Origin: a virus
Lineage: Duplodnaviria > Caudoviricetes
Reading direction: 5' to 3' (one strand)
Virus record (IMG/VR): IMGVR_UViG_2728369266_000003
Location: 1,258 to 65,257 of that record
DNA: 64,000 bases
This document shows positions 45,694-54,914 of this stretch, piece by piece. The number at the start of each line of letters is the position of its first letter. Positions within the stretch are counted from its first letter, which is position 1. The notes beneath the pieces are model-generated. The model had not been told where the DNA came from. It made no database searches and saw only the letters and a list, made by a program, of their open reading frames with translations. The position numbers and the translations under genes are program-made.

Positions 45694-46404
45694 CTACTCG
45701 TAGGGGTCTCGGTCATAGCCGGGGCGGAAGGTCACACCACGCTCCTGGATCATCTGACACACCTTCACCAGTGCCGCCCTCGCGTCGGGGGACGCGTCCC
45801 GGGTCATCGCGCGCACCTCGTCACGCAGGAAACGCCGCTCAGCCCGCTCGATGGACTCACTGTCTCGTAGGACCAGGGTGAGGATGTCAGCCAGCAGCGG
45901 ATCCTGCTGCTCTTCGGTCTGGCCGCATGCGATGGCGTAGTGGTGCAGGACCGAATCCACCAGCGTCTCGACCGCTGCCTGGCGGTCCCCTCTGGGGATG
46001 GGCCGCCCTGAGGGGCGGGGCCGGTCGGCCACCGCTCGTGCTCCGGGGTTAGCTTGCCGTTCCGTTGGGGTGATGGGGCGGGGCGGCAGGCCGCAGGCGG
46101 CCCGGATATGGTCTTCGCCGTCGCGGCACCACCAGCATTCCGAGGTGCAGCGCACCACCAGGTCGGGCGGGCCGGCCTCTGGTTCGTGGATGGCGCCGAC
46201 CCAGTACCCGTGTACGGTCCACCCGCCCAGCGGCGCCAGGTCATCCACCTGGGTGGGGACCGATTCGCCGTCACGGTGCAGGGAGTGCACCCACATCGGC
46301 TCGCGCCCCGGCCAGCGGAGCCACGTCCGGCCCTCGCGGTCGACCCGCGTGGCGACTGGGGCCAGAGTGGGGGTGTGCCAGAGGGCCACCGGGTGCCCAG
46401 TCAT
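45694..46404 (-). CDS. Hypothetical protein with CxxxCxxC...H...C motif
   Basis: ATGA coupling. Confidence 0.65.
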   Translation of the reverse strand: MTGHPVALWHTPTLAPVATRVDREGRTWLRWPGREPMWVHSLHRDGESVPTQVDDLAPLGGWTVHGYWVGAIHEPEAGPPDLVVRCTSECWWCRDGEDHIRAACGLPPRPITPTERQANPGARAVADRPRPSGRPIPRGDRQAAVETLVDSVLHHYAIACGQTEEQQDPLLADILTLVLRDSESIERAERRFLRDEVRAMTRDASPDARAALVKVCQMIQERGVTFRPGYDRDPYE

Positions 46405-46721
46405 AATGTGTGCTCCCATTCTCGTTCTCGCCCGCGCCGCATTTCGATCTTCACCCACTTGCCGGTGGACCTCCGCATGGACTGAACGTAGGCATACCCG
46501 TCTCGGAATTCGGTGCCGTTGGGTAGCACCAGCCTGAGGTTGACGGATCGGCCGATGTGGGTGGAGTCCCCACGAACCTTCCATCCCTGGACAAGGATGC
46601 GGTTGCGGCCGAGATCCACGGGCGGGTCGAACAGGTAGATGACTGTGCTGGTGCCATCGCGCCAGTACGCGGTGACCTCGCCGTAATGCTCCCGCTTGGG
46701 CTTGTCTGGTTGGTCGGTCAC
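46401..46721 (-). CDS. Hypothetical protein
   Basis: GGAGG SD. Confidence 0.6.
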   Translation of the reverse strand: MTDQPDKPKREHYGEVTAYWRDGTSTVIYLFDPPVDLGRNRILVQGWKVRGDSTHIGRSVNLRLVLPNGTEFRDGYAYVQSMRRSTGKWVKIEMRRGREREWEHTL

Positions 46722-47152
46722 GGGACCCTCCTCAGTGTGGCGCCACCGCAGCTCAGCAGATTCTCAGCGTCGTGGGACCCAGTTCGCTCCACCACGGGCT
46801 CGGCGATGTCTCGGTGGGTGATGGTGGTACGCCACGCCCCGAGTCGGGCCTGGAGTAGCAGCGCGACGCTGGGTGCCCGATGGCGTCCTCCAGCGCATCC
46901 GACCGCGACCCTCACATGACCTCCAGAAGGGCCGGACTGCATGGCGGCCACGGTCCGGGCCGTAGCGCGGATGAGGTGCGGGATGCCCGGGGTGTTGCGG
47001 ACAGCATCGCGCACGGCTTTGTCGTGGGCGGTCATGTAGCGGAGTTCAGGGGCTACATGCGGGTCCCGAAAGTGGTGGCGCAGGTCCACGGTGATGTGGG
47101 CGTCGTCGGGTGGTGGCCCGTGTAGGTAACCGAAGCTGATGATTTCAATCAT
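46718..47152 (-). CDS. RapZ C-terminal-like domain protein
   Basis: ISFGYLHG, DLR.HFRDP, VAVGCAGGRHR. Confidence 0.85.
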   Translation of the reverse strand: MIEIISFGYLHGPPPDDAHITVDLRHHFRDPHVAPELRYMTAHDKAVRDAVRNTPGIPHLIRATARTVAAMQSGPSGGHVRVAVGCAGGRHRAPSVALLLQARLGAWRTTITHRDIAEPVVERTGSHDAENLLSCGGATLRRVP

Positions 47153-47397
47153 GGCGACGCCTCCAGGGTGAGCTCGGGCGCCCCGCCGAGGGGCGCATAG
47201 AGGGTGATGGTTCCGCACCCGGTCGGACACGACGCACGGAGGGTTATGTCACCGCAGGCCGCGGTGCGGGACTGGAGTGTCCATCCGGACAGGCACCCCT
47301 CCAGGTGGGTGTGGGTGGCCCACTGGGGTTCGGGTGGGGTGGCGGGGGTGCCGAGGGTCTGGTCGGCCAGCTCGGCGGCCCTGTCCGCGGCGCTCAT
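47149..47397 (-). CDS. Hypothetical protein
   Basis: Coupled ORF. Confidence 0.5.
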   Translation of the reverse strand: MSAADRAAELADQTLGTPATPPEPQWATHTHLEGCLSGWTLQSRTAACGDITLRASCPTGCGTITLYAPLGGAPELTLEASP

Positions 47398-47981
47398 GCT
47401 GGCACCGGCACAGCCGCGGCCCGCTGCGCGATCCGCTTCAGGTCCGCCTTGGGGAGGGTGATGGTCCCGAGGTGGGTCAGCCAGTGGCACCACACCGGCT
47501 CCAGCCCCGGGTTCCGCTGCCACTCGTCCTCGGACACATCGCTGCGGGTGTAGGCGGCGGTCCGCTCGGCGAGCGTCTGGAGGGTGGCGGCGGTGACCCA
47601 GCGGGCGTCCCGCGTCTCCCCCTTCTGTGGGCGGAGTGGGTACCCCTCGAACACGGTGGCTTCGTAGATCCACCAGTAGTGCCCCGCCTCACCGGAGTGA
47701 CCGTCCGGCAGGTACTGGGACGGGCCGCACCGGTTGGGACGCCACCCCTCGGCGACGAGGCGGTAGTCACTGACCGTCTGCCCGACCTCCTCGCTGACTT
47801 CGAAGGTGAGCGCTTCCTCGGGGCCGTCGAACTCGTCGAAGACGTGGCCGGCGACGGGCGCGACCCCGCTGGGTCCGTCGCCGTCGCGGGTGATGACGAC
47901 GTACTCGGGGCCGTCGTCGCCGGGGCGGGTGATCAGGATTCCGACGCTGTGCTGGTCGCAGCGCCACGGGTCCTTGGGCAC
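47394..47981 (-). CDS. Nudix hydrolase (divergent)
   Basis: CDQHSVG, PVAGHV...EVSEEVG Nudix-box variant. Confidence 0.75.
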   Translation of the reverse strand: MPKDPWRCDQHSVGILITRPGDDGPEYVVITRDGDGPSGVAPVAGHVFDEFDGPEEALTFEVSEEVGQTVSDYRLVAEGWRPNRCGPSQYLPDGHSGEAGHYWWIYEATVFEGYPLRPQKGETRDARWVTAATLQTLAERTAAYTRSDVSEDEWQRNPGLEPVWCHWLTHLGTITLPKADLKRIAQRAAAVPVPA

Positions 47982-48104
47982 AGGATCCTCCTCACGGCGG
48001 CTGCCGTCGATGATGACGGCGCCCACCGACATGTGGGTGGGGGTGGACCGTCCGGTCCCCCCGTCCGCCCCACACACGTTGGGGCGGCGGAGGCACTGGC
48101 ACGG

Positions 48105-49499
48105 TCAGTTGGTGCTGTCGGCGGACGTGGCCTCGGGCTCCGGTGAGGACTCCAGCCACTCCTTCACGTACCGGTCGACGGTCGACTTCGGCACTTCGGT
48201 GAGTCGGCTGATCTCTCCGAGCGTCATCTTGATTCCAGCCCGGCGAGCTTCCTCGAAGCGGGCAACGACGCGCTGCTTGCGCTCGTCCCAGTCGTCAGGG
48301 ACGTAGTCCGGGATCTCGATTTCGGGGGTGTCCGACGTCTTGGTGGGACGCTTCGCCGACGCGGTCTTGGGACGGCTCGACGGCTTCCCGGCGGCCGGCT
48401 TGGGACGGTTGGTGGGACGGGGGGCACGGGCCGCGGTGGGACGCTCGGCCGGCGTCTCATCGGGCTCGGTGGGACGCGGCTGCGGCACCTCCGTGGGACG
48501 GTCCGCCAGCGTCTCGTGGGACGGTCCGGTGAGACGCCCCACGGGAATGGTTGGGACGGTCCCGTGGGACGTCCCATTCGGGGTGTGTGGGACGGGGGTG
48601 GGACGGTCGAATGGGACGGTCTCGGGCGCCGTCTCACGGGGCTCGTGGGACGCCTCTGTGGGACGGTCCGCCGCGTCGGCTGGGACGGTGCTGTGGGACG
48701 CCTTACCCGCCCGCCGTGGGACGGCCATGGTGTCTCGCTTCTCGGCAAGGTGCAGCAGCACGCTCGCCAACCCGAGCACCAGAACCGGCAGCACCGACAC
48801 GAAGATCACCACCGGGGTGGGGGCGCTCGTCGGCTGGGATTCCAACGACAGCAAGTGGTAGGCGGCCTGCCCGACGGCGCCGATCACGAGGGACCCGATT
48901 GCGGAGCACCACGCGAAAAACCGGGCGCCACCAGTGACGATGCCGGACACGGCCACGTAGAGGGCGATCCCGGCGTAAGCCTCGATGCCGAGCGGGAGGG
49001 TGATCGACAGGTCCACGACGAGTCCGCCGCCGATGCCGGGCAGCAGGTTGACGGGGCCGAATCCGGCGAGGCGGCCGAGGCCGACCCAGCCGCCCCAGAT
49101 GGCGACGAACGCGGATGCGGCGACGAGTCCGACGACGCCTCGGAGGGTGTAGAGGGTGCGCTTGCTGGGGCCGTGGGACGACCAAGCACCCGTCCCACGG
49201 GGCGTCTCGTTGCGGGCGGTGGGACGCGTCCCATCCGCTGTCCCATTCTGCGTCTCATCGGCCTGCGTGGGACGAGTCTCAGTGGCCGTCCCAGTGGGGG
49301 TGTGGGACGGCGTGTTGGGACGGTGTGGGGCGGTGCCGTTCGGCGGGTCGTGGGACGCCCCGTGGGACGGCTGAGCGGTGTCGGTGGGACGCCCCTGTGG
49401 GACGGCCGTGGGACGGCTGTCGGGGTGTCCCATGGGACGGTCGGCGGGACGCGCGAGCGCCGTCTGCGGGACGGTCCCGGGCGGCGTTTCGGCGGTCAT
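48105..49499 (-). CDS. Spread/DUF2637-like membrane protein with low-complexity flanks and C-terminal HTH
   Basis: About four TM helices (LPLGIEAY, SVLPVLVLG); TLGEISRLTEVPKSTVDRYV. Confidence 0.75.
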   Translation of the reverse strand: MTAETPPGTVPQTALARPADRPMGHPDSRPTAVPQGRPTDTAQPSHGASHDPPNGTAPHRPNTPSHTPTGTATETRPTQADETQNGTADGTRPTARNETPRGTGAWSSHGPSKRTLYTLRGVVGLVAASAFVAIWGGWVGLGRLAGFGPVNLLPGIGGGLVVDLSITLPLGIEAYAGIALYVAVSGIVTGGARFFAWCSAIGSLVIGAVGQAAYHLLSLESQPTSAPTPVVIFVSVLPVLVLGLASVLLHLAEKRDTMAVPRRAGKASHSTVPADAADRPTEASHEPRETAPETVPFDRPTPVPHTPNGTSHGTVPTIPVGRLTGPSHETLADRPTEVPQPRPTEPDETPAERPTAARAPRPTNRPKPAAGKPSSRPKTASAKRPTKTSDTPEIEIPDYVPDDWDERKQRVVARFEEARRAGIKMTLGEISRLTEVPKSTVDRYVKEWLESSPEPEATSADSTN

Positions 49500-49566
49500 T
49501 TGGATCTCCAATCTGGGACGGTGCGGCGGTATCCCACAGGGGTCGGGTGGGACGGACGGTGGGACG
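48345..49566 (+). repeat. About 34 polar GGGACG (mostly TGGGACGS) hexamers in two clusters
   Basis: Hand count: 18 in 48345-48723, 16 in 49175-49566; only a few reversed. Confidence 0.9.
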
Positions 49567-49567
49567 G

Positions 49568-49666
49568 TCAGAAGGTGATGACGCCAAGGCCGACGAGCAC
49601 GGCGAAGGCGAGGGCTGCGATCGAGCCGACGATGCCGATCAGGCCGAGAGTGGCTTCGAAGTCCAT
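49568..49666 (-). CDS. 32-aa single-TM peptide
   Basis: AAGGAG SD; MDFEATLGLIGIVGSIAALAFAVLVGLGVITF. Confidence 0.65.
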   Translation of the reverse strand: MDFEATLGLIGIVGSIAALAFAVLVGLGVITF

Positions 49667-49677
49667 GACGCTTCTCC

Positions 49678-50100
49678 TTAGCGGGAGCCGATGACGGTGA
49701 TGGCGGCCGCAGCAGTCAGCGCGACCCGATGAAATGCCTGGTCAAGGTGCATTCGTCCACCTCGATCCCAGAACGGGCGCTTCCCGGCGGCGTCGACCAG
49801 GGCGAGGGAGTCCTGCTGCCGGTCCATGTAGTAGTGCGTCGCAGCGGACAGGGCCTGACCTGCGACGATGCTGGTTGGGTGCAGGCCCAGCTTGAAGACC
49901 TGGTTGGCGAGCAGGACAGCTGCGGTCGTGGTCGCGGTGTAGCTCGCGACGTGGCGGGCGCACGCGGCCGCTCCGTCGGCGCCGGGCTTGCCCTTGACCT
50001 GGGCGTCCTCGTCGCGCTGCACCCAGAAGTCGCCCGCCTCGTGGGCGACGTTGAGGGCGGCGAGGGTCGCGGCGAAGGCGGCGACTCGGGCGGGGTTCAC
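49678..50100 (-). CDS. DUF3307-like membrane protein
   Basis: HEAGDFWVQ, RHV, HYYMDR, DQAFH. Confidence 0.85.
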   Translation of the reverse strand: MNPARVAAFAATLAALNVAHEAGDFWVQRDEDAQVKGKPGADGAAACARHVASYTATTTAAVLLANQVFKLGLHPTSIVAGQALSAATHYYMDRQQDSLALVDAAGKRPFWDRGGRMHLDQAFHRVALTAAAAITVIGSR

Positions 50101-50140
50101 TTCATCCTCCTGGTTGCTGTGTGTAAACCTGAACTATGGT

Positions 50141-50284
50141 TTGTCTCTTGTCTCACCCGGTCGCGGGAGAGGGGGTCTAGCGGCCTCTGAGGCGGCTATC
50201 TGACGGCTAAAATGCGGACGAATCGTGACAAATGGGGCGCGCGTGCTGAGACAACGGCAGGGTTTGTCTCAGCCCTTTGTCTCA
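50141..50284. repeat. TTGTCTC(A) repeat cluster, candidate clt
   Basis: Direct copies 50141, 50148, 50264, 50277; inverted copy 50247; just downstream of traB. Confidence 0.7.
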
Positions 50285-50301
50285 CTACGGAGAGTCACAT
50301 G

Positions 50302-52518
50302 TCAGGCGGCACGGCGCTCCCACAGGCCACGCTGACCCGCCACCAACCGCACCGTCCCCGCCTCCGCCAGCTCGTCCAGCGCCCGGTTCACGGTGGCCCG
50401 AGAGCAGCCGAGTTCGGCCCGAACCGCAGCCTCGATGTCGCCGCGACGCTGTGGACCGGCTGCGAGCACAGCGAGGATCGCGTCGCGGGCACGGTCCCGA
50501 TCCGACTGGTCAACCTCGACGAAATCGGCGACGTTCGGGAACGCCACCACCACACCCGCCGACGGACGAGGGGCGACCGACGACCCTTCGCCGAACAGCA
50601 GCTCGCGGACCCCGAGCTTGCCGCCGAGGAACGCCGTCACCGCGTGCGCATCCTCAGCAGCCCGCTGCTCAGCGGACCGGTCGTGGCGCCGCGAGTACAC
50701 CCCACCCAACGCGAGGTCCACCGCGCGGGCGGCCTCAGGCTCCAGGGTCAGCGACGGCCCGACCGCCTGGATAAGGGCGCCGAGGTCTTCGTGGTAGCCG
50801 GCACGCCACATCGCGCGCCGCGCCTCCACGCTCCCCTCGTTGGTGGTCTCGTTCGCGGCGATGCCGTACCCGCCACCCCGAGGAAGCTCAGTCACGCTCA
50901 TCGGCGCCTTGGGGGCGATGGCGCCCCCGATCGCGTCCTGGGAGTACATGAGCGCCACGTTCGCGCTGAACAGGTTTCCCCTGATCACGCGCCCGGGGTT
51001 GCCGTCGCCGCCGAACGCGCCCATCCCCGTGTCCTGCGACGCCGCGATGACCGCGACACCGCACTTGCGGCCGATGCGGGTGAGTTCGTTGACGAGTTCG
51101 GCGTTGGTCCAGGTGCCGAGTCCGGCCGGGTCGGCATCCTCGTCGAGGTGCTGTGCCTGCGGGTCGATCCGCCGGTAGTCCGACAGGATCGTCATGTGCG
51201 ACTCATCCAGGATCAGCACCAGGCCCGGCCTGGACGGTGTGGGGGTGAAGCCCTTGCGGCGCATGGCGCGGTTGGTGCGCATCCGAACCCGCAGCACGAT
51301 CACCGCCGCCTCCAGGGCGATGCGGCGCAGTTCAGCGGTGGCGGAGGCATCCCAGTCGGCGGTGTCCTGGAGTGCGGGCTGGGTACCCTCCTGCCCGTCG
51401 ACGTACCAGTAGATCGTGCACCCCGACATCCGCATGCCGAGCGCGAGCAGGTTCAGCAACTCGCTCTTGCCGGACTTCTGGGCGCCGAACAGATACCCAC
51501 CGAGCAGGCTGTTGGGACGGTACAGGCCCCAGGTGTGCATGCCGACCCCATCGGAGTGGGGGCCGACGGTGATGTCCCCGGTCTCCGGGTCGTAGACGGG
51601 ATGCCCCATGATCGTGGGCACCCCATCGACGACATCGACGGGCACGATTCCGGCGGTGGGGGAGGAGTCGGTGATCCGCAGCAGCGCCAACTGCGGAGAC
51701 TCCGAATCGTGCGGACCGACCGTGATCATCCGCTTGGGGACGTTCAGGGCGACACTGATCTCCGCCACCATGTGCTCCAGAGCCTCCAGACCCCGACCGG
51801 TGGGCTTGAAGTGGATGGTCCACTCCCGGCCGTACTCGGTCTTGGCCTGGTCCGACAGCCAACTCCCGGACGCGGCGCCGTTGCGGGAGCCGATGTGCTC
51901 GGCCCACAGCGCCGCGATGTCGTCCACCTGCACGGTGGACGACATCGCGGGGGTCTGCGGGTGGTGGCCGATGCGGTGGATGCGCCACCAGTGCGCCGCC
52001 AGCACATACACCCCCACCAGCCCCGAAGAGGCCAACACCTCCCACTGGTCGGTGAGCGCGGCGGCGATGAGCCACACCCACGCCGCGGCACCGACGAGCA
52101 GCGCCCGCAGCGGGTGCTCCCGCAGCCACACCCCGGCCTCCAGCAGCCAGCCCTTCTCGGCGCGGCGGATGAGCGCGATCGTGGTCGAGATGGCCAGCGC
52201 GGTACCGGCCGAGGTGACGAAGGCGTTCGCTTCGGCGAGCAGGGCGAGTTCCTGGATCAGCCCGATCGCGGCGACGGCGCCGGCCGCGAGCCACGGCTGG
52301 TACTGGAGACGCAGCCGACGCCGCATGGACTCCTCGTCCACCTGCCGCAGCCGGACGAATGCCTCACGGGCGCGCACGTGCGCGGGCAGCCGCTCGGACA
52401 CCGCCTGCTCGACGGGCGCGCGCTGCTTCGTCTTCGCGGCGCGAGTCGACGCACGCCGCAGGTCACGCTGGAAATCTCCGATCAGGTCGTCGACCTGGCG
52501 GCGGGTCGTGGTCGCCAT
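50302..52518 (-). CDS. traB: TraB-like FtsK/SpoIIIE DNA translocase
   Basis: N-terminal TMs, Walker A GAQKSGKS, Walker B LILDESH, GRKCGV..IAASQ, C-terminal winged HTH. Confidence 0.85.
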   Translation of the reverse strand: MATTTRRQVDDLIGDFQRDLRRASTRAAKTKQRAPVEQAVSERLPAHVRAREAFVRLRQVDEESMRRRLRLQYQPWLAAGAVAAIGLIQELALLAEANAFVTSAGTALAISTTIALIRRAEKGWLLEAGVWLREHPLRALLVGAAAWVWLIAAALTDQWEVLASSGLVGVYVLAAHWWRIHRIGHHPQTPAMSSTVQVDDIAALWAEHIGSRNGAASGSWLSDQAKTEYGREWTIHFKPTGRGLEALEHMVAEISVALNVPKRMITVGPHDSESPQLALLRITDSSPTAGIVPVDVVDGVPTIMGHPVYDPETGDITVGPHSDGVGMHTWGLYRPNSLLGGYLFGAQKSGKSELLNLLALGMRMSGCTIYWYVDGQEGTQPALQDTADWDASATAELRRIALEAAVIVLRVRMRTNRAMRRKGFTPTPSRPGLVLILDESHMTILSDYRRIDPQAQHLDEDADPAGLGTWTNAELVNELTRIGRKCGVAVIAASQDTGMGAFGGDGNPGRVIRGNLFSANVALMYSQDAIGGAIAPKAPMSVTELPRGGGYGIAANETTNEGSVEARRAMWRAGYHEDLGALIQAVGPSLTLEPEAARAVDLALGGVYSRRHDRSAEQRAAEDAHAVTAFLGGKLGVRELLFGEGSSVAPRPSAGVVVAFPNVADFVEVDQSDRDRARDAILAVLAAGPQRRGDIEAAVRAELGCSRATVNRALDELAEAGTVRLVAGQRGLWERRAA

Positions 52519-52624
52519 GACACCTCCCTGGATTCGTTCGTGGTGGTCGGCTCGCAGCCCGCCCGAGCGGTGGCATCTCGGGCGAGGTGCCAGCCGGGCG
52601 CCCGCAGGGGGCGCACCGGATGGG

Positions 52625-52894
52625 TCAGTCGGCGGTGAGGAACTTCTTGTCGCCCGCGTCAGGGAACGCGGTGTAGGCGTCATCAACGCCCTTCATCCGC
52701 TGCAACTCGGATTCGGAGGCGCCAGCGATCCGGTACATCCGGGCGGCGCTGTCCTGCAGCTGGGTGTACTTGGCCAGGATCGACTGGCCGACCTGGCCCC
52801 GTCGCATCGCCTCCACGGCCTGGTCCAGGCTGACCATGTTCGACTTCGTCTCCAGCCGCAGGTTGGTGGTGAGAGACATCGCGTCCTGATACAT
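52625..52894 (-). CDS. Helical protein paralogous to C-terminus of upstream gene
   Basis: MRRGQVGQ...DAYTAFPDAGDKKF. Confidence 0.7.
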   Translation of the reverse strand: MYQDAMSLTTNLRLETKSNMVSLDQAVEAMRRGQVGQSILAKYTQLQDSAARMYRIAGASESELQRMKGVDDAYTAFPDAGDKKFLTAD

Positions 52895-52895
52895 G

Positions 52896-53780
52896 TCAGA
52901 CCCCCTGCTGCTGGCTGGTGAACCACTGCTTGTTGCCGGCATTGGGCGCCGCCTCGTAGGCGTCGCGCACCACGAGCTGCTTCTCGCAGAGTTCGACAGC
53001 CTCCGCCGCGAGGGCGGTGAAATGCTCGGCCTCGGCGGCGGCCTGCTCGAATCGGAGGATGGCGGCCTGCCCGACGCCTCCCTGCCGCATCTGGGCAGCC
53101 TGCTCTTCGAGCTTCTGCTGCTGCTTCTGGGCGGTTGCGTGGAGGGCTCGGGTGTAGCGGGTGGCCCCCTGGAGGCCCAATACCTCGGTGGCGTTCGGAT
53201 CGGCCATGTCGTCTCCCTCGATGGTTGGGTTGCGGCGGAACTGGAGAACGTTCGTGCCAGCCGGTGGGGTCGGCTGCTCGTGGGCGGGGACGGCGCTGGC
53301 CTTAGGCCATACGGGCTCCGTCTTCGGGGTGGGATTCTGATCAGCGTTCGGCACGGACTCGGGCTTCGGCTGCGCGTCGTCCGCCGCAGGCTCAGGAGTG
53401 GTCGGCGCCGGAGCCGACTCCGGCTTCGCCTCTTCCTGCTTGCGCTTCGCCGGCTCGCCGGCCTTCGCCTCTCCGTCGGGACCGAGGGCATCGCTGGCCT
53501 TGGCTTTGATGTGCTCCCACACCTCGCGCCGCTCCGCGTGCCGCTTCTCCCGCCGGGCACGCGCCTTCGCCGACCGCTCCGGATATTTCTCCGCCATCTC
53601 CTGCCACTTGGTGTCCCACACGGTCCACAGGTAGCCGCTCATGGCTCCCTGCTTCGCCTGCTTGGGTGCGCGCGGCGGGAGCGGCGGCTTGGCCTTGCGG
53701 TACTCGGTCACCGCGTTGATCGTCCCGGGGATGTCCCGGAAGATCATGACGACGGCGATGAGGATCGACAGCTCAACCAT
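52896..53780 (-). CDS. AICE transfer-region (TraA-like) protein
   Basis: N-terminal TM, P/E/A linker, helical C-domain; upstream of traB. Confidence 0.6.
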   Translation of the reverse strand: MVELSILIAVVMIFRDIPGTINAVTEYRKAKPPLPPRAPKQAKQGAMSGYLWTVWDTKWQEMAEKYPERSAKARARREKRHAERREVWEHIKAKASDALGPDGEAKAGEPAKRKQEEAKPESAPAPTTPEPAADDAQPKPESVPNADQNPTPKTEPVWPKASAVPAHEQPTPPAGTNVLQFRRNPTIEGDDMADPNATEVLGLQGATRYTRALHATAQKQQQKLEEQAAQMRQGGVGQAAILRFEQAAAEAEHFTALAAEAVELCEKQLVVRDAYEAAPNAGNKQWFTSQQQGV

Positions 53781-53786
53781 GGCTGA

Positions 53787-54221
53787 TCACACCCCGCCGA
53801 TCAGCGTCATCAGCATCGTCTGACCTGCGTCCGTAGCCGCCCCGGTGAACTGGTCACCCATCAGGCCGAGCTGGCCGCCCGTGGCGAGCAGCAGGGTGGG
53901 GATCACCAGAGCCATGGACTTCGCCATCCCGTCCGGGCGACCGTCGACCAGGTCCACCACGATCAGGACGACCCCGATGAACGCGGCGACCCCGACCAGT
54001 GCCAGCGGCGCGCCGACCATCTGGAGGACCATGTCGAGCAGCCATCGGGTCCAGTCGCCGAGGAACGTCATCGCCACGGCGCATCCGGCGATGACGGCGC
54101 ACACGAACGCGCCCCACTGGGCCTGGCTGCGGAATTTCCGGACGCGGCCGAGGACCCACATGAGTCCGAAGAAGGCGATCGCGACCACGAGCATCGTCGA
54201 GTTGAAGAGGAACGAGAGCAT
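53787..54221 (-). CDS. Spread-type integral membrane protein
   Basis: Four hydrophobic helices; GGAGG SD. Confidence 0.7.
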   Translation of the reverse strand: MLSFLFNSTMLVVAIAFFGLMWVLGRVRKFRSQAQWGAFVCAVIAGCAVAMTFLGDWTRWLLDMVLQMVGAPLALVGVAAFIGVVLIVVDLVDGRPDGMAKSMALVIPTLLLATGGQLGLMGDQFTGAATDAGQTMLMTLIGGV

Positions 54222-54243
54222 TCTGAACACCTCCTCCGGAGGG

Positions 54244-54627
54244 CTAGGTGGTGACCAGCGGCGACAGGAGCACGCTGGCGATGGAACGGATGAACGGGAT
54301 CTGCCACAGGCAGACCAGGAGAACGAGGGTGGCGATGGCACGGGACGGACGTTCGGCGAGCCACGCCAGGTAGTAGGCGCCCGCGGTCACGGGGATCGCG
54401 ACGAGGCGCCCGTACCAGACTCCGGCGGTGCGGGCGCGGCCAGTGGCGCTGGTCCAGTCACCCTTGGTGGCGTAGGTGTGGATATCGCGGAGGCTCGGGC
54501 GGCTCTCAGCCCAAATCTCCGGCGGCGTCCACGTGGCGACCACGCCGCGGGCGCGGTCCTTGAGGCCCGGCTTGGCCTGCTGCTGCTCGTGGACCTTCTC
54601 AGGCGCAGTGGACGCGGCGCTGTTCAT
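54244..54627 (-). CDS. AICE-type membrane protein
   Basis: RPSLRDI...W, two C-terminal TMs. Confidence 0.65.
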   Translation of the reverse strand: MNSAASTAPEKVHEQQQAKPGLKDRARGVVATWTPPEIWAESRPSLRDIHTYATKGDWTSATGRARTAGVWYGRLVAIPVTAGAYYLAWLAERPSRAIATLVLLVCLWQIPFIRSIASVLLSPLVTT

Positions 54628-54914
54628 CGGACGCCCACAACTTCAGAGGCCCGCACCCACACCTCGGGATCCTCGGGCCGGTCGTCGATCTGGAGTAGCG
54701 CCCAGGTGCCGGAGTAGCGGTCGTCAAGCTCGGCGATCACCGCGTCCCGACCGTCGTAGCGGACCCGGGTGCCGACCGCGTCGGGCCGGCGCCGCACCGC
54801 GAGGGGCCGGAGGGTGAGGGTGTAGCGGTCTGACAGCCACCCGTGGACGCCGAACAGCGCCCCGGCCACTGCGGTGAGGAGGATGCCGGGCGTGAACAGG
54901 TCGAAGAGGTCCAT
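54624..54914 (-). CDS. Membrane-anchored small protein
   Basis: N-terminal TM; TGATG coupling. Confidence 0.6.
   Translation of the reverse strand: MDLFDLFTPGILLTAVAGALFGVHGWLSDRYTLTLRPLAVRRRPDAVGTRVRYDGRDAVIAELDDRYSGTWALLQIDDRPEDPEVWVRASEVVGVR

Noticed and set aside
42900-45700. CRISPR array or further cas genes near cas8e
   Set aside because: No regularly spaced about-29-bp repeats and no cas7/5/6/11/3-like ORF; the hairpins present are terminator-like
41450-45700. Internal att site separating phage and AICE parts
   Set aside because: No copy of the tRNA-Pro core (GGTTCAAATCC) seen here or elsewhere inside the window
48345-49566. GGGACG array as a CRISPR or tandem VNTR
   Set aside because: Spacing is irregular and the unit only 6-8 bp; treated as a motif array instead
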